A stretch of 64,000 nt of DNA, taken from assembly GCA_963825525.1 (NCBI GenBank), contig CAWGTN010000002.1:896001-960000 (forward strand). Direction: 5' to 3'. The notes under the pieces were generated by a model. It searched no databases. It was not told the DNA's origin and saw only the letters and a program-made list of their open reading frames with translations. The DNA comes from an uncultured Chloroflexia bacterium (GTDB lineage Bacteria; Chloroflexota; Limnocylindria; QHBO01). Shown here piece by piece: positions 20,250 through 30,730 of the stretch. The position numbers and the translations under genes are program-made. Within the stretch, counting starts at the first letter, position 1. The number at the start of each line of letters is the position of its first letter.

Positions 20250-20900
20250 TCAGGGCTCCTCCGCTGCCGCCGACACGTACGCTTCCGCCAGCAGGTCATC
20301 GATCGCGCGCTGATCACGATTGCGTCCGAAGTACCAGGCGAGGTACAGCCCGTTCACGGCAGCCCACGCCACGACGGCCGGGACGAAGAAGGTCGACCAC
20401 GGCTCGCCGATGCGGGCGACCGTTGCGTTGGCGACGAGCGTGCCGACCGCGAAGAACGCCGCGCCGGCGATGGTGAAGTGCCAGGTCTCGGCGGCAAGCA
20501 TGGTCAACGGCCGTCGGATGGGCGCCGCCACGATCTTCGGGTCACCTGGAGCGCCGAAGTACACCTCCTCGAGACGGTGAGCGATGAGCACGTCCTTCCC
20601 GAGGCCCGCGTTGATCCGGCGCTCGAGCGCCGCCGCGTAGGTGCGGGCGAAGATCACGTAGCTGAACAGGTACGCCGCGTGGAACCCGACGTACAGGATC
20701 GCGAACGGGAGCAGCAGGGCCGCGGCCTGGGTTGGAGGGAAGAAGGCGGCCACGAACAGCACGCCACTCGCCACGAGTCCGCCGGCCGTGAACCGGAAGA
20801 AGAGCTCGTAATAGCGGAAGATCATGCCGCGCATCCTGCCAAGCTGGGCTTCAAGCAGTCGCAGCTCGTCCCCGGCGAGCGGCCCGGGCGTGGCGATCAC
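20250..20900 (-). CDS. Hypothetical four-TM membrane protein
   Basis: GTG 20900 overlaps the pgl stop; four hydrophobic segments. Confidence 0.65.
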   Translation of the reverse strand: MIATPGPLAGDELRLLEAQLGRMRGMIFRYYELFFRFTAGGLVASGVLFVAAFFPPTQAAALLLPFAILYVGFHAAYLFSYVIFARTYAAALERRINAGLGKDVLIAHRLEEVYFGAPGDPKIVAAPIRRPLTMLAAETWHFTIAGAAFFAVGTLVANATVARIGEPWSTFFVPAVVAWAAVNGLYLAWYFGRNRDQRAIDDLLAEAYVSAAAEEP

Positions 20901-21625
20901 GACTCGGGACTTCCGGCGGCGGCACGATCGACGATCCATTCCACGGCGTCGCCGGTCACGCGCGCTGCCGGAAGCTCTGCGGATCCTCCTCGGATCTGTT
21001 GCAGCGCGGGCGCCTTGTCGGCGCCGGTCACCGCGAAGATCGTGGCGCGCGCGGCGTTGAGAACGGGGAACGTCAGCGTCATGCGCCATGTCTGCTGCGA
21101 CGGCGCCCAGTTGCCGACCACCCAGCGCTCCGTCTCGTCGAGGGCCTTCGAGTCCGGGAAGAGGCTCGCCGTGTGGCCGTCGGGGCCCATGCCCAGCCAC
21201 ACAAGGTCGAAGGCCGGCACCTCGTCACCGTGCGTCGAGAACGCGAGACGCAGCTCGCTCTCGTAGGACAGCGCGGCCGCGTCGAGATCGGCGGCTTCGG
21301 CGGGCATGCGATGGATTCGATCGGGGCGCACGCCGGGTAGCTGCGAGACCAGCATCCCGTACGCCACGCCGAAGTTCGACTCCGGATGGTCGGGCGGCAC
21401 GCTGCGCTCGTCGCCCCAGAAGAACTCCACCGCGCTCCAGTCGACTGCACCGCGGCGCTCGGGCTCGAGCAGGAGCGGGTAGACCTGCTTCGGCGTCCCC
21501 CCGCCGGAGAGCGCGACCCGGAATACCCCGCGCTCGTCGATGGCAGCGATCGCGGCCGCGATGAAGCGATCGGCGACGGCAATCGCGACCGCCTCGTCAT
21601 CCGCGAGAACCGTGAATCGCGTCAT
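20897..21625 (-). CDS. pgl: 6-phosphogluconolactonase
   Basis: LSGGGTP, FWGDER, LGMGPDGHTASLFP, RMTLTFP. Confidence 0.95.
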   Translation of the reverse strand: MTRFTVLADDEAVAIAVADRFIAAAIAAIDERGVFRVALSGGGTPKQVYPLLLEPERRGAVDWSAVEFFWGDERSVPPDHPESNFGVAYGMLVSQLPGVRPDRIHRMPAEAADLDAAALSYESELRLAFSTHGDEVPAFDLVWLGMGPDGHTASLFPDSKALDETERWVVGNWAPSQQTWRMTLTFPVLNAARATIFAVTGADKAPALQQIRGGSAELPAARVTGDAVEWIVDRAAAGSPES

Positions 21626-22902
21626 GCCGCCGCCGCCTCGCGGGACGAGGCGAGGAGGATGGCCGCCGCACGCACCGCCGACTCGTAGACCGAATCGGCG
21701 ACATCGAGGGTCAGCTGCGAGCTCAGCAGCTCAGCCTCCGTCGGCGACTCCATCGCCACGCGCCGCAGGAGTGCCGTCATGCCGTCGGCGTTGGTGGCCA
21801 CGATCGCGTCGTCGGCATCGCGGTCGATGATGAACTCGGCGGCACCGGTCTCCCCCAGCGATCGCAGGCGGATGGAGAGGAGGTCGCCGGGGCGGACCGC
21901 ATCGGTCGGCGTCGGCTCCAGGATGAGCTCCACCATCTCGTGACGTCCCTCGAGCTTGAGGCGGAATGCCCCGTCGGACAACGGCTCGAGCGTCCGGTAC
22001 CGTCGCCAACCGAGCCGCGTCGCGATCCAGCCGGCGTACAGCAGCGCCTGGGCCATCGGCGCCGGCACTCCGGGGGCGACCTCTTGATCCTCTTCGTGGC
22101 GGTCGGACGCCGGAGATGGGACGGCATAGCGGATCGCGAGCCGGCTGAGATTCGGCAGGTACCGGCGGAAACGCCGCGAATCGAAGAATTGGGCGGTCAG
22201 CTCCTGCCACCACGCCAGGCGTTCCCAGGAGAGATCACCGACGCCGCTGCGACGGCGCAGGTTGGCCGTACGCCGGAGCCCGACGAGCAGGTCGCCGAAG
22301 TCGGACGAATCGACGATGACCCGGTCGCCCATGTCAACCAGCTGGTCGAAGATCGGATCGTGCCAGGGCGGATCCCCGGGCCACCAGATGTGCGTTGGCA
22401 GATCGTGGATGAGGAGCGGGGCGACGATGCCCGAGAGGTGCTCGGAGGCCTCACCGCGAACCGTCAGCACGACCTCCTCGTAGCAGATCTGGTCCGCCCC
22501 GCCCGCAATCGCGTTGCAGTGCGTGCTGATGCGCCCGTCGATCGGCTTGCCCGCCGCCCCGTGCTCGGGCACGAGAACGATGGCGCGCGATGGGTGGCGG
22601 ACGCCGAGGCCCTCCATGGTGCGGACGACGCGATCGGCGGCCGGTTCGTCCACCACGGTGACGATGAGGTTGAGCACCGATGCACGACCGTGCGGCAGGC
22701 CCTTCTCGGTGACGAGCGGGTCGCCTCCGTCATCCCGGCTCGGCGAGGAATCCCATAGCGACGCGAGGTGGCCGGCAATCGACTGGACACTCGTGCCGCG
22801 CTCCTCCCACAGCGGGCGTGCCAGGCTCTCGGCGTCGCCGAAGCGCATGAGCCGCCGATGCACGGCATGCTCGGGGGTCGGAGATGGCCGGCCGACGCTC
22901 AC
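21622..22902 (-). CDS. opcA: Glucose-6-phosphate dehydrogenase assembly protein OpcA
   Basis: RHPSRAIVL, PLLIHDLPTHIWWPG, RVIVDS, DLSWERLAWWQE. Lies between zwf and pgl with GTGA/ATGA overlaps. Confidence 0.88.
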   Translation of the reverse strand: MSVGRPSPTPEHAVHRRLMRFGDAESLARPLWEERGTSVQSIAGHLASLWDSSPSRDDGGDPLVTEKGLPHGRASVLNLIVTVVDEPAADRVVRTMEGLGVRHPSRAIVLVPEHGAAGKPIDGRISTHCNAIAGGADQICYEEVVLTVRGEASEHLSGIVAPLLIHDLPTHIWWPGDPPWHDPIFDQLVDMGDRVIVDSSDFGDLLVGLRRTANLRRRSGVGDLSWERLAWWQELTAQFFDSRRFRRYLPNLSRLAIRYAVPSPASDRHEEDQEVAPGVPAPMAQALLYAGWIATRLGWRRYRTLEPLSDGAFRLKLEGRHEMVELILEPTPTDAVRPGDLLSIRLRSLGETGAAEFIIDRDADDAIVATNADGMTALLRRVAMESPTEAELLSSQLTLDVADSVYESAVRAAAILLASSREAAAA

Positions 22903-24531
22903 GGGCGCCTCCAGGAACGTCCGTCGCGGGCGAGGAGCTCCTCCGCCGCGGGCGGACCCCAGGACCCGGCGCCGTAGAAGTGGAGCGGACCGCCATCTCC
23001 CGCCCGCCAGGCGCTGAGGATGGGGTCGAGGATCTCCCACGCCCGCTCCACCTCGTCGTCGCGCGTGAACAGGCTGGCGTCTCCGACCATCGCGTCGAGC
23101 AGCAGCGTCTCGTACGCGTCCGGCGAATCGACCGCGAAGCTCGAGCCGTAGCGAAAGTCCATGTTGACCGTGCGGATCTGAAGGCCCTGCCCGGGCACCT
23201 TGGCCCCGAAGCGCAGGAGGATGCCCTCGTCGGGCTGAACGCGGATGGCGAGCACGTTCGGCTCGATCTGCGGCACCCCGGCGCGCGCGAAGAGCGCCAA
23301 TGGCGCCTGCTTGAACTGGACGGCGATCTCGGTGACCCGGCTCGGCAGCGCCTTCCCGGTGCGCAGGTAGAAGGGGACGCCGGCCCAGCGCCAGGAGTCG
23401 ATGCCGAGCTTGAGGGCGGCGAACGTCTCGGTATCGGAATCGGGGACGACCTTCTCGTCGTCGCGGTAGCTGACGACCTTCTCGCCCTCCACCCAACCCG
23501 ACACGTACTGGCCGCGGACCGTGTTGGTTGCCACGTCGGCGGGCGACATCGGCTTCACCGCTCGCAGCACCTTGAGCTTCTCGTCACGCAGGTCCTCCGC
23601 GTGGAACTCGACCGGTGGATCCATGGCGAACATGGCCATGAGCTGGAGGGCATGCCCCTGGACGATGTCGCGCAGGGCACCGGTGGCGTCGTAGAACTCC
23701 CCGCGCCCCTCGACGCCGACCGTCTCAGCCACCGTGATCTGAACCGAGTCGATGTAGCGGCGGTTCCAGATCGGCTCGAACAGCCCATTCCCGAACCGGA
23801 AGACGGCCAGGTTCTGGACCGTCTCCTTGCCCAGGTAGTGGTCGATCCGATACACCTGCGTCTCATCGAACACCTCGGCCAGCTCGCGATTCAAGCGTGC
23901 GCGCGCTGCTCAGGTCCGATCCGAACGGCTTCTCCACGATGACGCGGGTCCAGCCGCGCCGAGGACCGCTCCGGCGCCGATCGCCATGTGAGGCGAGTCC
24001 CGCCCGGTCCAGCTGATTGACGATCTCGGGGTACAGGGACGGCGGGACGGCAAGGTAGAAGAGCCGATTGCCCGACGTGCCCCGATCGCGGTCGATCCGG
24101 TCGAGGCGCTTGGCGAGCGCTACATAGGCGGCCGGATCGTCGAAATCCCCCTGGTGATACTCGATGCCCCGCGCAAACGAGTCCCAGATGGCGGGCTTGG
24201 CAGGCTTGTTCCGGCTGAATCGGTTGATCCCACCGAGCAGGTGATCGCGGAACGCATTGTCGTCGAGGTCGCGCCGCGCAAAGCCGACCACCGTGAACTC
24301 CGGGGGCAGAAACCCCCCGAGCAGCGTGTTGTAGAGGGCGGGACCCAGCTTTCGCTCGGTCAGGTCGCCGGTCGCACCGCAGATGACCATGGTGCATGGC
24401 TCGGCCATCCGCTCGAGACGAAGGCCCTCCCGCAGCGGGTTCGGGCCCGGCTGTCGTGGATCGGGCTGCACACGCTGCGCGGAGGGAGGATCACCGGCGA
24501 TCGCCTGCTCGGGCTCGGTGCGGGTCGTCAT
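22899..24531 (-). CDS. zwf: Glucose-6-phosphate 1-dehydrogenase (frameshift near 23893)
   Basis: GATGDL, YLAVPP, EKPFG, then RIDHYLGKE and GVPFYLRTGK in the next frame. Confidence 0.93.
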
Positions 24532-24534
24532 CGA

Positions 24535-25455
24535 CTACTCGCGGTCCTTCAGCGCGTGACCGCCGAACTCGTTGCGCAGCGCCGCGAGGACGCGGTCGGC
24601 GTAGGAGTCGGGCTCGCGCCGGCTCCGGAAGCGCTCGATGAGGCTCAGGGTGATGACGGGGGCCGGCACATCGTGATCGATGGCCTCCGCCACCGTCCAG
24701 CGGCCCTCGCCGGAATCGGCCACCCAGCCCTTGATGTTCTCGAGGTCGCTGCCCTCCTTCTCGAAGGCGTCGCCCGCAAGCTCGAGAAGCCACGAGCGGA
24801 TCACGGATCCGTTGTTCCACATCCGCGCCACCGCGGCGAGGTCGAGGTCGTACTCGCCGGCGTGCAGGATGTCGAATCCCTCGCCGTAGGCCTGCATGAG
24901 TCCGTACTCGATGCCGTTGTGGACCATCTTGGTGTAGTGACCCGCTCCGGCGGCACCGCAGTACAGGTAGCCGTTCTCCGGGGCAAGCGTCTTCACCACC
25001 GGCTCGAAGCGGTCGAAGACCTCGCGCTTGCCACCGAGCATGGCGCAGAAGCCGACCTGCAGCCCCCAGACGCCCCCGGAGACGCCCATGTCGAGCCACT
25101 CGATGCCGCGCTCCTCGAGCTCAGCGGCGTGCCGCTTCGAGTCGTGGAACCGGCTGTTCCCGGCGTCGATGATCACGTCCCCGGGTTCCAGGATGCCCGC
25201 AAGCTGGTCGATCATGGCGTCCGTGGCGGCCCCGGACGGAACGCTGATCACGACATGCCGCGGAGCCGGCATCATCTCGAGCAGGCGCTCGATCGGTTCG
25301 GCGACCGCAATGCGACCCTCGTTCTCGGGTTCGCCCGCAATCTCGGCGGCGACCGACTCCGTGCGGTTCCAGGCGACGACGTCGTGCCCGCCCCGCGCCG
25401 CCCGTCGGGCCATTCCGGCCCCCATCCTTCCCAATCCCGCGATTGCGACCTGCAT
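24535..25455 (-). CDS. gnd: 6-phosphogluconate dehydrogenase, short (YqeC-type)
   Basis: GLGRMG, GVSGGVWG, KMVHNGIEYG, DSGEGRW, LRNEFGGH. Confidence 0.95.
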   Translation of the reverse strand: MQVAIAGLGRMGAGMARRAARGGHDVVAWNRTESVAAEIAGEPENEGRIAVAEPIERLLEMMPAPRHVVISVPSGAATDAMIDQLAGILEPGDVIIDAGNSRFHDSKRHAAELEERGIEWLDMGVSGGVWGLQVGFCAMLGGKREVFDRFEPVVKTLAPENGYLYCGAAGAGHYTKMVHNGIEYGLMQAYGEGFDILHAGEYDLDLAAVARMWNNGSVIRSWLLELAGDAFEKEGSDLENIKGWVADSGEGRWTVAEAIDHDVPAPVITLSLIERFRSRREPDSYADRVLAALRNEFGGHALKDRE

Positions 25456-25463
25456 GCTGTGTG

Positions 25464-27158
25464 TTACCTCGTTGATGTCATCGGGCCGGCTCGCCGACGG
25501 CTGCCAGGATATGCCTCGAGCCGATCAAGCCCGGCATCGAGATCGGTGAGATGAATGCGCATGGCCCGCCGGCCACGTCGCTGGAGAGAGGAGAGATCCC
25601 CGAGCGCCTGCGCGGCGATGAGCGTCCCGAATGACTCCTCCCAACCGGGAATCGGCAGGTCCTTCGACGGCTCGGCGGTGAGCTGGAGGAACACCCCGCT
25701 GTCGGGCCCTCCCTTGTGCATCTGTCCCGTCGAGTGCAGGAAGCGCGGTCCGAATCCGAGCGTCGTGGCAGCGCCGCGCGCGCCTCGGACCTGACCCCGA
25801 ATCCGCTGCAGGCGCTCTTCGATGCCGCGGTCCGAGGGGAGGTAGGCCAGGATGGCGAAGTAGTCGCGTCCAGGTTCGATGAGGCCCAGGAGCTGGCCCA
25901 CGGCCCCATCGACGGTCACCGGCGTATCACCGATGGCCTCGGGGTCCGCGTAGACCGAGATTCCAGGCTCACTGACCAGGGGGCCCGGCTGAGGCAACGA
26001 TCCGCGGCTGCGGTATGCCTCGAGCAGGTCGCGCGTCGCGTCCTTGCTCTCCTGCACGTTCGGCTGGTCGAACGGATCGATGCCCAGGATGATCCCGGCA
26101 ACCGCCGTTGCCACCTCCCAGCGCACGAACTCGGCGCCGATGTCCAGCGGGCTCGAGAGCACGATCTCCTCGTCAGCCAGTGCCTGCAGCTCCGGGGCTG
26201 ACTCATCCGCCAGGCGAACGTGGATGAAGAGCCGATCGTCGCCGTAGGACGACCGGTCGCCGAGCGGCTCGCCCACGATCGGGACGATGCCGCGGCCCGC
26301 CTTGCCGGTGCTCTCGGCGATGAGCTGCTCGGCCCAGTCACCGAACGACGCCAGGCGATCCGAGGTGAGGATCGTCAGCTTGTCACGCCCTGCCAGTGCC
26401 GCCTCGCCGATCAATGCCCCGAGTCGCAGTCCGGGGTTGTCCGCGGCATCGGACGCCCGGCAGGCATCGGCCATTCCGCGCGCTCGGTCGAGGAGCCCGG
26501 CCACATCCACCCCGGCGAGAACAGCGGGCACGAGACCGAACACGGTCAGCGCGGAGTAGCGCCCGCCGACGTCCGGCGGCGCCTCGATGATGCCCCGGAA
26601 CTCCTGCGCACGCGCCAGATCTCCCAGCACCGTTCCCGGATCGGTGATGGCCAGGAAGTCGAGTGCGGGAGCCACTTCGCCCATTGCCGCCTGGTAGGCG
26701 TTCGGCTCGGTGGTGGAACCGGATTTGGAGCTGACGCAGAAGATCGTTCGCTGCTCTTCGGCCCATGAGCGGAAGCCGCGGACCACGTCGGGATGCGTCG
26801 AGTCAAGGATGCGCAGCTCCAGGCCGTCGGCCGAGGCGGCCCCCGTTCCCGCCGGGCCGCCCGCCCACCCGAAGACGCGACTGAACAGCTCGGGGGCGAG
26901 GCTCGATCCACCCATGCCGAGCACCGCGGCCCGGCGATAGCCGTCCTCGCGCACGTCACGCGCGAGGTGCTCGAGCTCGTCGACGCGCGCCGTCATCGCC
27001 TCGGGAAGGTCTAGCCAGCCGAGCCAGGCCGCCACCTCGTGGGCGCTCTTGCCCGATGCCGCCCACAGCGAGCCGTCTCGCGCCCATAGACGATCGGCGA
27101 CTCGGTCGGCCGTCAACGCCGTCAACCGCGACGCGACCGAGGCCTCGAGACCCGTCAT
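25464..27158 (-). CDS. pgi: Glucose-6-phosphate isomerase (Tal-Pgi-type Pgi)
   Basis: GMGGSSL, SSKSGST, VGGRYS, EQLIAESTGK, PFDQPNVQESK, HSTGQMHKGG. The true stop is possibly 25478, with a late frameshift. Confidence 0.9.
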   Translation of the reverse strand: MTGLEASVASRLTALTADRVADRLWARDGSLWAASGKSAHEVAAWLGWLDLPEAMTARVDELEHLARDVREDGYRRAAVLGMGGSSLAPELFSRVFGWAGGPAGTGAASADGLELRILDSTHPDVVRGFRSWAEEQRTIFCVSSKSGSTTEPNAYQAAMGEVAPALDFLAITDPGTVLGDLARAQEFRGIIEAPPDVGGRYSALTVFGLVPAVLAGVDVAGLLDRARGMADACRASDAADNPGLRLGALIGEAALAGRDKLTILTSDRLASFGDWAEQLIAESTGKAGRGIVPIVGEPLGDRSSYGDDRLFIHVRLADESAPELQALADEEIVLSSPLDIGAEFVRWEVATAVAGIILGIDPFDQPNVQESKDATRDLLEAYRSRGSLPQPGPLVSEPGISVYADPEAIGDTPVTVDGAVGQLLGLIEPGRDYFAILAYLPSDRGIEERLQRIRGQVRGARGAATTLGFGPRFLHSTGQMHKGGPDSGVFLQLTAEPSKDLPIPGWEESFGTLIAAQALGDLSSLQRRGRRAMRIHLTDLDAGLDRLEAYPGSRRRAGPMTSTR

Positions 27159-28360
27159 GCCGGGGCGAGTTCCTTGCGCTTGGACTCGATCGATGCGATC
27201 AGCTCCTCGAAGCTCTTTGCGAACGACGCAACGCCCTCGTCGATGAGCTCGTCGGTCACCTGCTGCATGCTCACGCCCTGGGCCTCGATCTCGCGCAGCG
27301 CCTGCCGGGCGCCGGCGATATCGGTGTCGAGGCGCCGCTCGACGTTCCCGTGGTCCAGGAATGCCTCAATCGTCTCGAGCGGCATGGTGTCGACCGTCTG
27401 GGGGCCGATGAGTTCCTCGACGTACAGGACGTCACGATAGTCGGGGTTCTTGGTGCTGGTGCTGGCCCACAGGCAGCGCTGGACCTGGGCGCCCGTGGCG
27501 CGAAGGTCGGCGAACTCGTTGCCGCCGAAGATTCGCTCGAAGCTGTCGTATGCCAGCCGCGCATTCGCGATGGCCGCCTTGCCACGCGCCTCGAGGGCGC
27601 TCCGAGTCCCGATCTCCGCCAGCATCTTGTCGACCTTGGTGTCGACCCGGCTGACGAAGAAGCTGGCCACGCTGGCCACGCGGCTCAGGTCGCCGCCCTC
27701 TTCATGCCGTCGGCGCAGGCCGGCGATGTAGGCCCTGGCCACGCGCTCGTAGACCTCGACGCTGAACATGAGCGTGACGTTGACGTTGATGCCCTCCGCG
27801 ATGGCGCCCTCGATGGCGGGGATGCCGGCCTCGGTGGCCGGGATCTTGACGAAGATGTTCGGGCGATCGAGCAGCTTCCACAGCTCGCGGGCCCGCGCCA
27901 GCGTGCCCTCGCTGTCATCGGCGAGATCGGGCTCGACCTCGATGCTGGCGAAGCCGTCGGTGCCGTCGGACGCGTCGTACACGCCACGCAGCAGGTCGGC
28001 CGCGTCACCCACATCGCGCACGGCGATCTGCTGGTAGATCGCCTGGGCGTCGTCCCCAGCCTCGATCTCACGCTTGACGAGGTCGTCGTACTGACCGGTG
28101 GCAACGGCCTTGGCGAAGATCGTCGGATTACTCGTCAGCCCGCGGATCCCGTCGCCAACCATCTCGGCCAGGCGACCGCTCTCGATGAGCTCGCGGTCGA
28201 TGAAGTCGATCCACGGGCTCTGGTCCTGCGCGGCGTGCAGCCGCTGGAGCGTGTTCGTCGCGTCCGCGCGTTCGGCAACTTCGGCAGCCTTTCCGTCCTG
28301 GTCGACCGCCTTGTCGCGCTGTCGGTCCTGCTCTGCTCCTGTCATCTCGGCTTCTCCCAT
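27155..28360 (-). CDS. tal: Transaldolase
   Basis: SPWIDFI, GLTSNPTIF, VKIPAT, NVTLMFS, SFFVSRVD, LWASTSTK. Confidence 0.95.
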   Translation of the reverse strand: MGEAEMTGAEQDRQRDKAVDQDGKAAEVAERADATNTLQRLHAAQDQSPWIDFIDRELIESGRLAEMVGDGIRGLTSNPTIFAKAVATGQYDDLVKREIEAGDDAQAIYQQIAVRDVGDAADLLRGVYDASDGTDGFASIEVEPDLADDSEGTLARARELWKLLDRPNIFVKIPATEAGIPAIEGAIAEGINVNVTLMFSVEVYERVARAYIAGLRRRHEEGGDLSRVASVASFFVSRVDTKVDKMLAEIGTRSALEARGKAAIANARLAYDSFERIFGGNEFADLRATGAQVQRCLWASTSTKNPDYRDVLYVEELIGPQTVDTMPLETIEAFLDHGNVERRLDTDIAGARQALREIEAQGVSMQQVTDELIDEGVASFAKSFEELIASIESKRKELAPA

Positions 28361-28364
28361 CTCT

Positions 28365-30254
28365 CTACTGGCGCCGACCGGAGCCGACCTCGGTGGTGTC
28401 TCGTCGTGTCGCCGCGGTGCGCGACACGAGATCGCGCGCCGCATCGGCGATGTGTTCCGCGTCGATGCCTGCCGCCCTCAGCAGCTCGGCCGGCTTACCG
28501 GACCCGGGCATGTCCCGCACCGCCAGCTTCACGACGATCGGATGTGGCTGCTCCTCGGCGAGCGCTTCGAGGACGGCATCGCCGATCCCACCCTCCGGCC
28601 AGTGGTCCTCGACAGTCACGATGGCCCCCGTCTCACGGGCGGCCTGCCGGATCGTCTCGGCGTCGATCGGCTTGAGGCTGTAGAGATCGATCACGCGCGC
28701 TGAGATGCCCTCGGCCGCGAGCGCATCGGCGGCCTTGAGCGCCTCGTGGAGGGTGATCCCGGCACCGATCAGCGCGATCGCGTCAGCGTCGGACTCGCGC
28801 ACCACGCGCGAGCCTCCGATCAGGAAGTCGTCGCCCGGCTCGTACAGGATCGGCGTCTTCTCGCGGGTGGTCCGCATGTAGACGATCCCCTCCCGGTCGG
28901 CCATCTGCGGCACGAGGGCCGCGGTCTGGTTCGGGTCCGAGGGGTACAGCACGGTCGAGCCATGGATGGCGCGGTAGCTGGCAAGGTCCTCGAGGGCCAT
29001 CTGCGACGGCCCGTCCTCGCCGATGCTGACGCCGGCATGCGACCCGGCCACGGCGATGTTGGCGCGGCTGACGGCCGCCATGCGCACGAAGTCGTACGCG
29101 CGACTCAGGAACGCGGCGAACGTGACGGCGAACGGCTTCAAGCCGCGAACCTGCAGTCCGACCGCGGTCGCGATCATCTGCTGCTCCGCGATGTACACCT
29201 GCACGAACCGCTCGGCCAGTGCTTCGCTGAACTCTTCGGTGTAGGTGCTGTTGCCGACCTCGCCGTCGATTGCGATGACGTCGCCGCGCGACCGGCCGAG
29301 CGCAACGAGCGCATCCCCGAACGCCTTGCGCGTCGCTTCCTTGGTGCCGGGCTCGTACGAGGGCAGCGTCAGCGCCTCGGTGGGAAAGACGTGCGGCTCA
29401 CCGGCGAAGTCGGGCTTCGGAACGTCGACGTGGATGTCCCGCCGGCCGCCGAGCTCGGCGATCGCCGCCTCCTCGTCGTCGAGCGGCTTGCCGTGCTTGC
29501 CGGGCAGGTTCTCCACGGCCTTGACGCCTCGGCCCTTCTCGGTGCGAGCGATGATCACCGTGGGCCGGCCATCGGTGGCGACGGCCTGGCCGAGCGCCTC
29601 GTCGATGGCGGCGACATCGTGGCCGTCGATCTCGATCGCCTTCCACCCGAAGCCCTCGGCGCGCCGTCGGTAGGCATCGAGGTCCCAGCCGTGCATCGTC
29701 TCTCCGGTCTGACCCAGCCGGTTCACGTCGATGATCGCCGTCAGGTGGTCGAGCGCGTGGAAGCTGGCGAACTCGAAGGCCTCCCACATCGAGCCCTCGG
29801 CCATCTCGGAGTCGCCGCACAGCGCCCAGACGCGGTACGGGAGCCGATCGAACGACTTCCCGGCGAGGGCCACGGCCGCGGCGATCGGCAGGCCCTGGCC
29901 CAGGGACCCGGTCGCGACGTCGACCCAGGGCAGGATCGGCGTCGGATGTCCCTCGATCCGGCTGCCGAACTGGCGGAACGTGAGCATCTCGTCGTCGGTG
30001 ATGGCCCCCGCCGCCTTGTAGACCGCGTACAGCAGCGGTGACGCGTGCCCCTTGCTGAAGATGAGGTGGTCGTTGCGCGGGTCGTCGGGCCTGTCGAAGT
30101 CGTAGTGGAGATATTTCGACATGAGCACGGCCATCAGGTCGGCCGCGGACATCGATGAGGTGGGGTGGCCGCTCGCCGCGGCACTGCTGGATCGAACGGA
30201 ATCAACGCGGAGCTGCTGGCCGAGCTCGCGCCAATCGTCATGCTGACTCGTCAT
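28365..30254 (-). CDS. tkt: Transketolase (629 aa, short type)
   Basis: SGHPTSS, SKGHA, GSLGQGL, GDSE..EG TPP motif, IAEQ, GEDGPSQMALED. Confidence 0.95.
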   Translation of the reverse strand: MTSQHDDWRELGQQLRVDSVRSSSAAASGHPTSSMSAADLMAVLMSKYLHYDFDRPDDPRNDHLIFSKGHASPLLYAVYKAAGAITDDEMLTFRQFGSRIEGHPTPILPWVDVATGSLGQGLPIAAAVALAGKSFDRLPYRVWALCGDSEMAEGSMWEAFEFASFHALDHLTAIIDVNRLGQTGETMHGWDLDAYRRRAEGFGWKAIEIDGHDVAAIDEALGQAVATDGRPTVIIARTEKGRGVKAVENLPGKHGKPLDDEEAAIAELGGRRDIHVDVPKPDFAGEPHVFPTEALTLPSYEPGTKEATRKAFGDALVALGRSRGDVIAIDGEVGNSTYTEEFSEALAERFVQVYIAEQQMIATAVGLQVRGLKPFAVTFAAFLSRAYDFVRMAAVSRANIAVAGSHAGVSIGEDGPSQMALEDLASYRAIHGSTVLYPSDPNQTAALVPQMADREGIVYMRTTREKTPILYEPGDDFLIGGSRVVRESDADAIALIGAGITLHEALKAADALAAEGISARVIDLYSLKPIDAETIRQAARETGAIVTVEDHWPEGGIGDAVLEALAEEQPHPIVVKLAVRDMPGSGKPAELLRAAGIDAEHIADAARDLVSRTAATRRDTTEVGSGRRQ

Positions 30255-30397
30255 GGGGATGTGGCTCCGCAAGTTATCTGCCGGATCTGGGTGGGTACCC
30301 ATGATACGGCCAGTCGCCATATCGGCCGCCGTGCGGGCAAGCGGAACGGGCGGCCATCGGCTGACCGCCCGTCGTTGGCGCGTGAGAGGTTGGTGAG

Positions 30398-30730
30398 TCA
30401 GCCGCGCATGGTTCGGAAGCAATCCGAGCAGTAGACCGGCCGGGCGCCCGTCGGCCGGAACGGGACCTGTGTCTCGCTCCCGCACTGCGCGCAGGTCGCA
30501 TCGTGCATCTCACGCGGTCCGCGTGAGAATCCGGAGTCTCCGCCATATCCCCCACCGTTGCCGTAGCTGCTGGCGCCGCCGTTCGACGCCCGTCGCTGTG
30601 CACGGCACGACCCACAGCGTTTCGGAGCGGACGCGAAGCCCTTCTCCGCAAAGAACTCCTGCTCGGAGGCCGAAAACACGAACTCGATGCCGCAATCGCC
30701 GCAGGTGATCACCTGATCGGTGTACGTCAT
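30398..30730 (-). CDS. Zinc-ribbon / CxxC-x17-CxxC domain protein (110 aa)
   Basis: CGDC..F.FSASEQEFF..KGF..PKRCGSC, Gly-rich linker, CAQCG....VPFRP....PVYCSDCF. SD GGAAGGGG. Confidence 0.92.
   Translation of the reverse strand: MTYTDQVITCGDCGIEFVFSASEQEFFAEKGFASAPKRCGSCRAQRRASNGGASSYGNGGGYGGDSGFSRGPREMHDATCAQCGSETQVPFRPTGARPVYCSDCFRTMRG

Noticed and set aside
27155-27158. Tal-Pgi fusion broken by sequencing error
   Set aside because: It is a clean ATGA overlap, and the frame offset is not the +1 type seen at the error sites.
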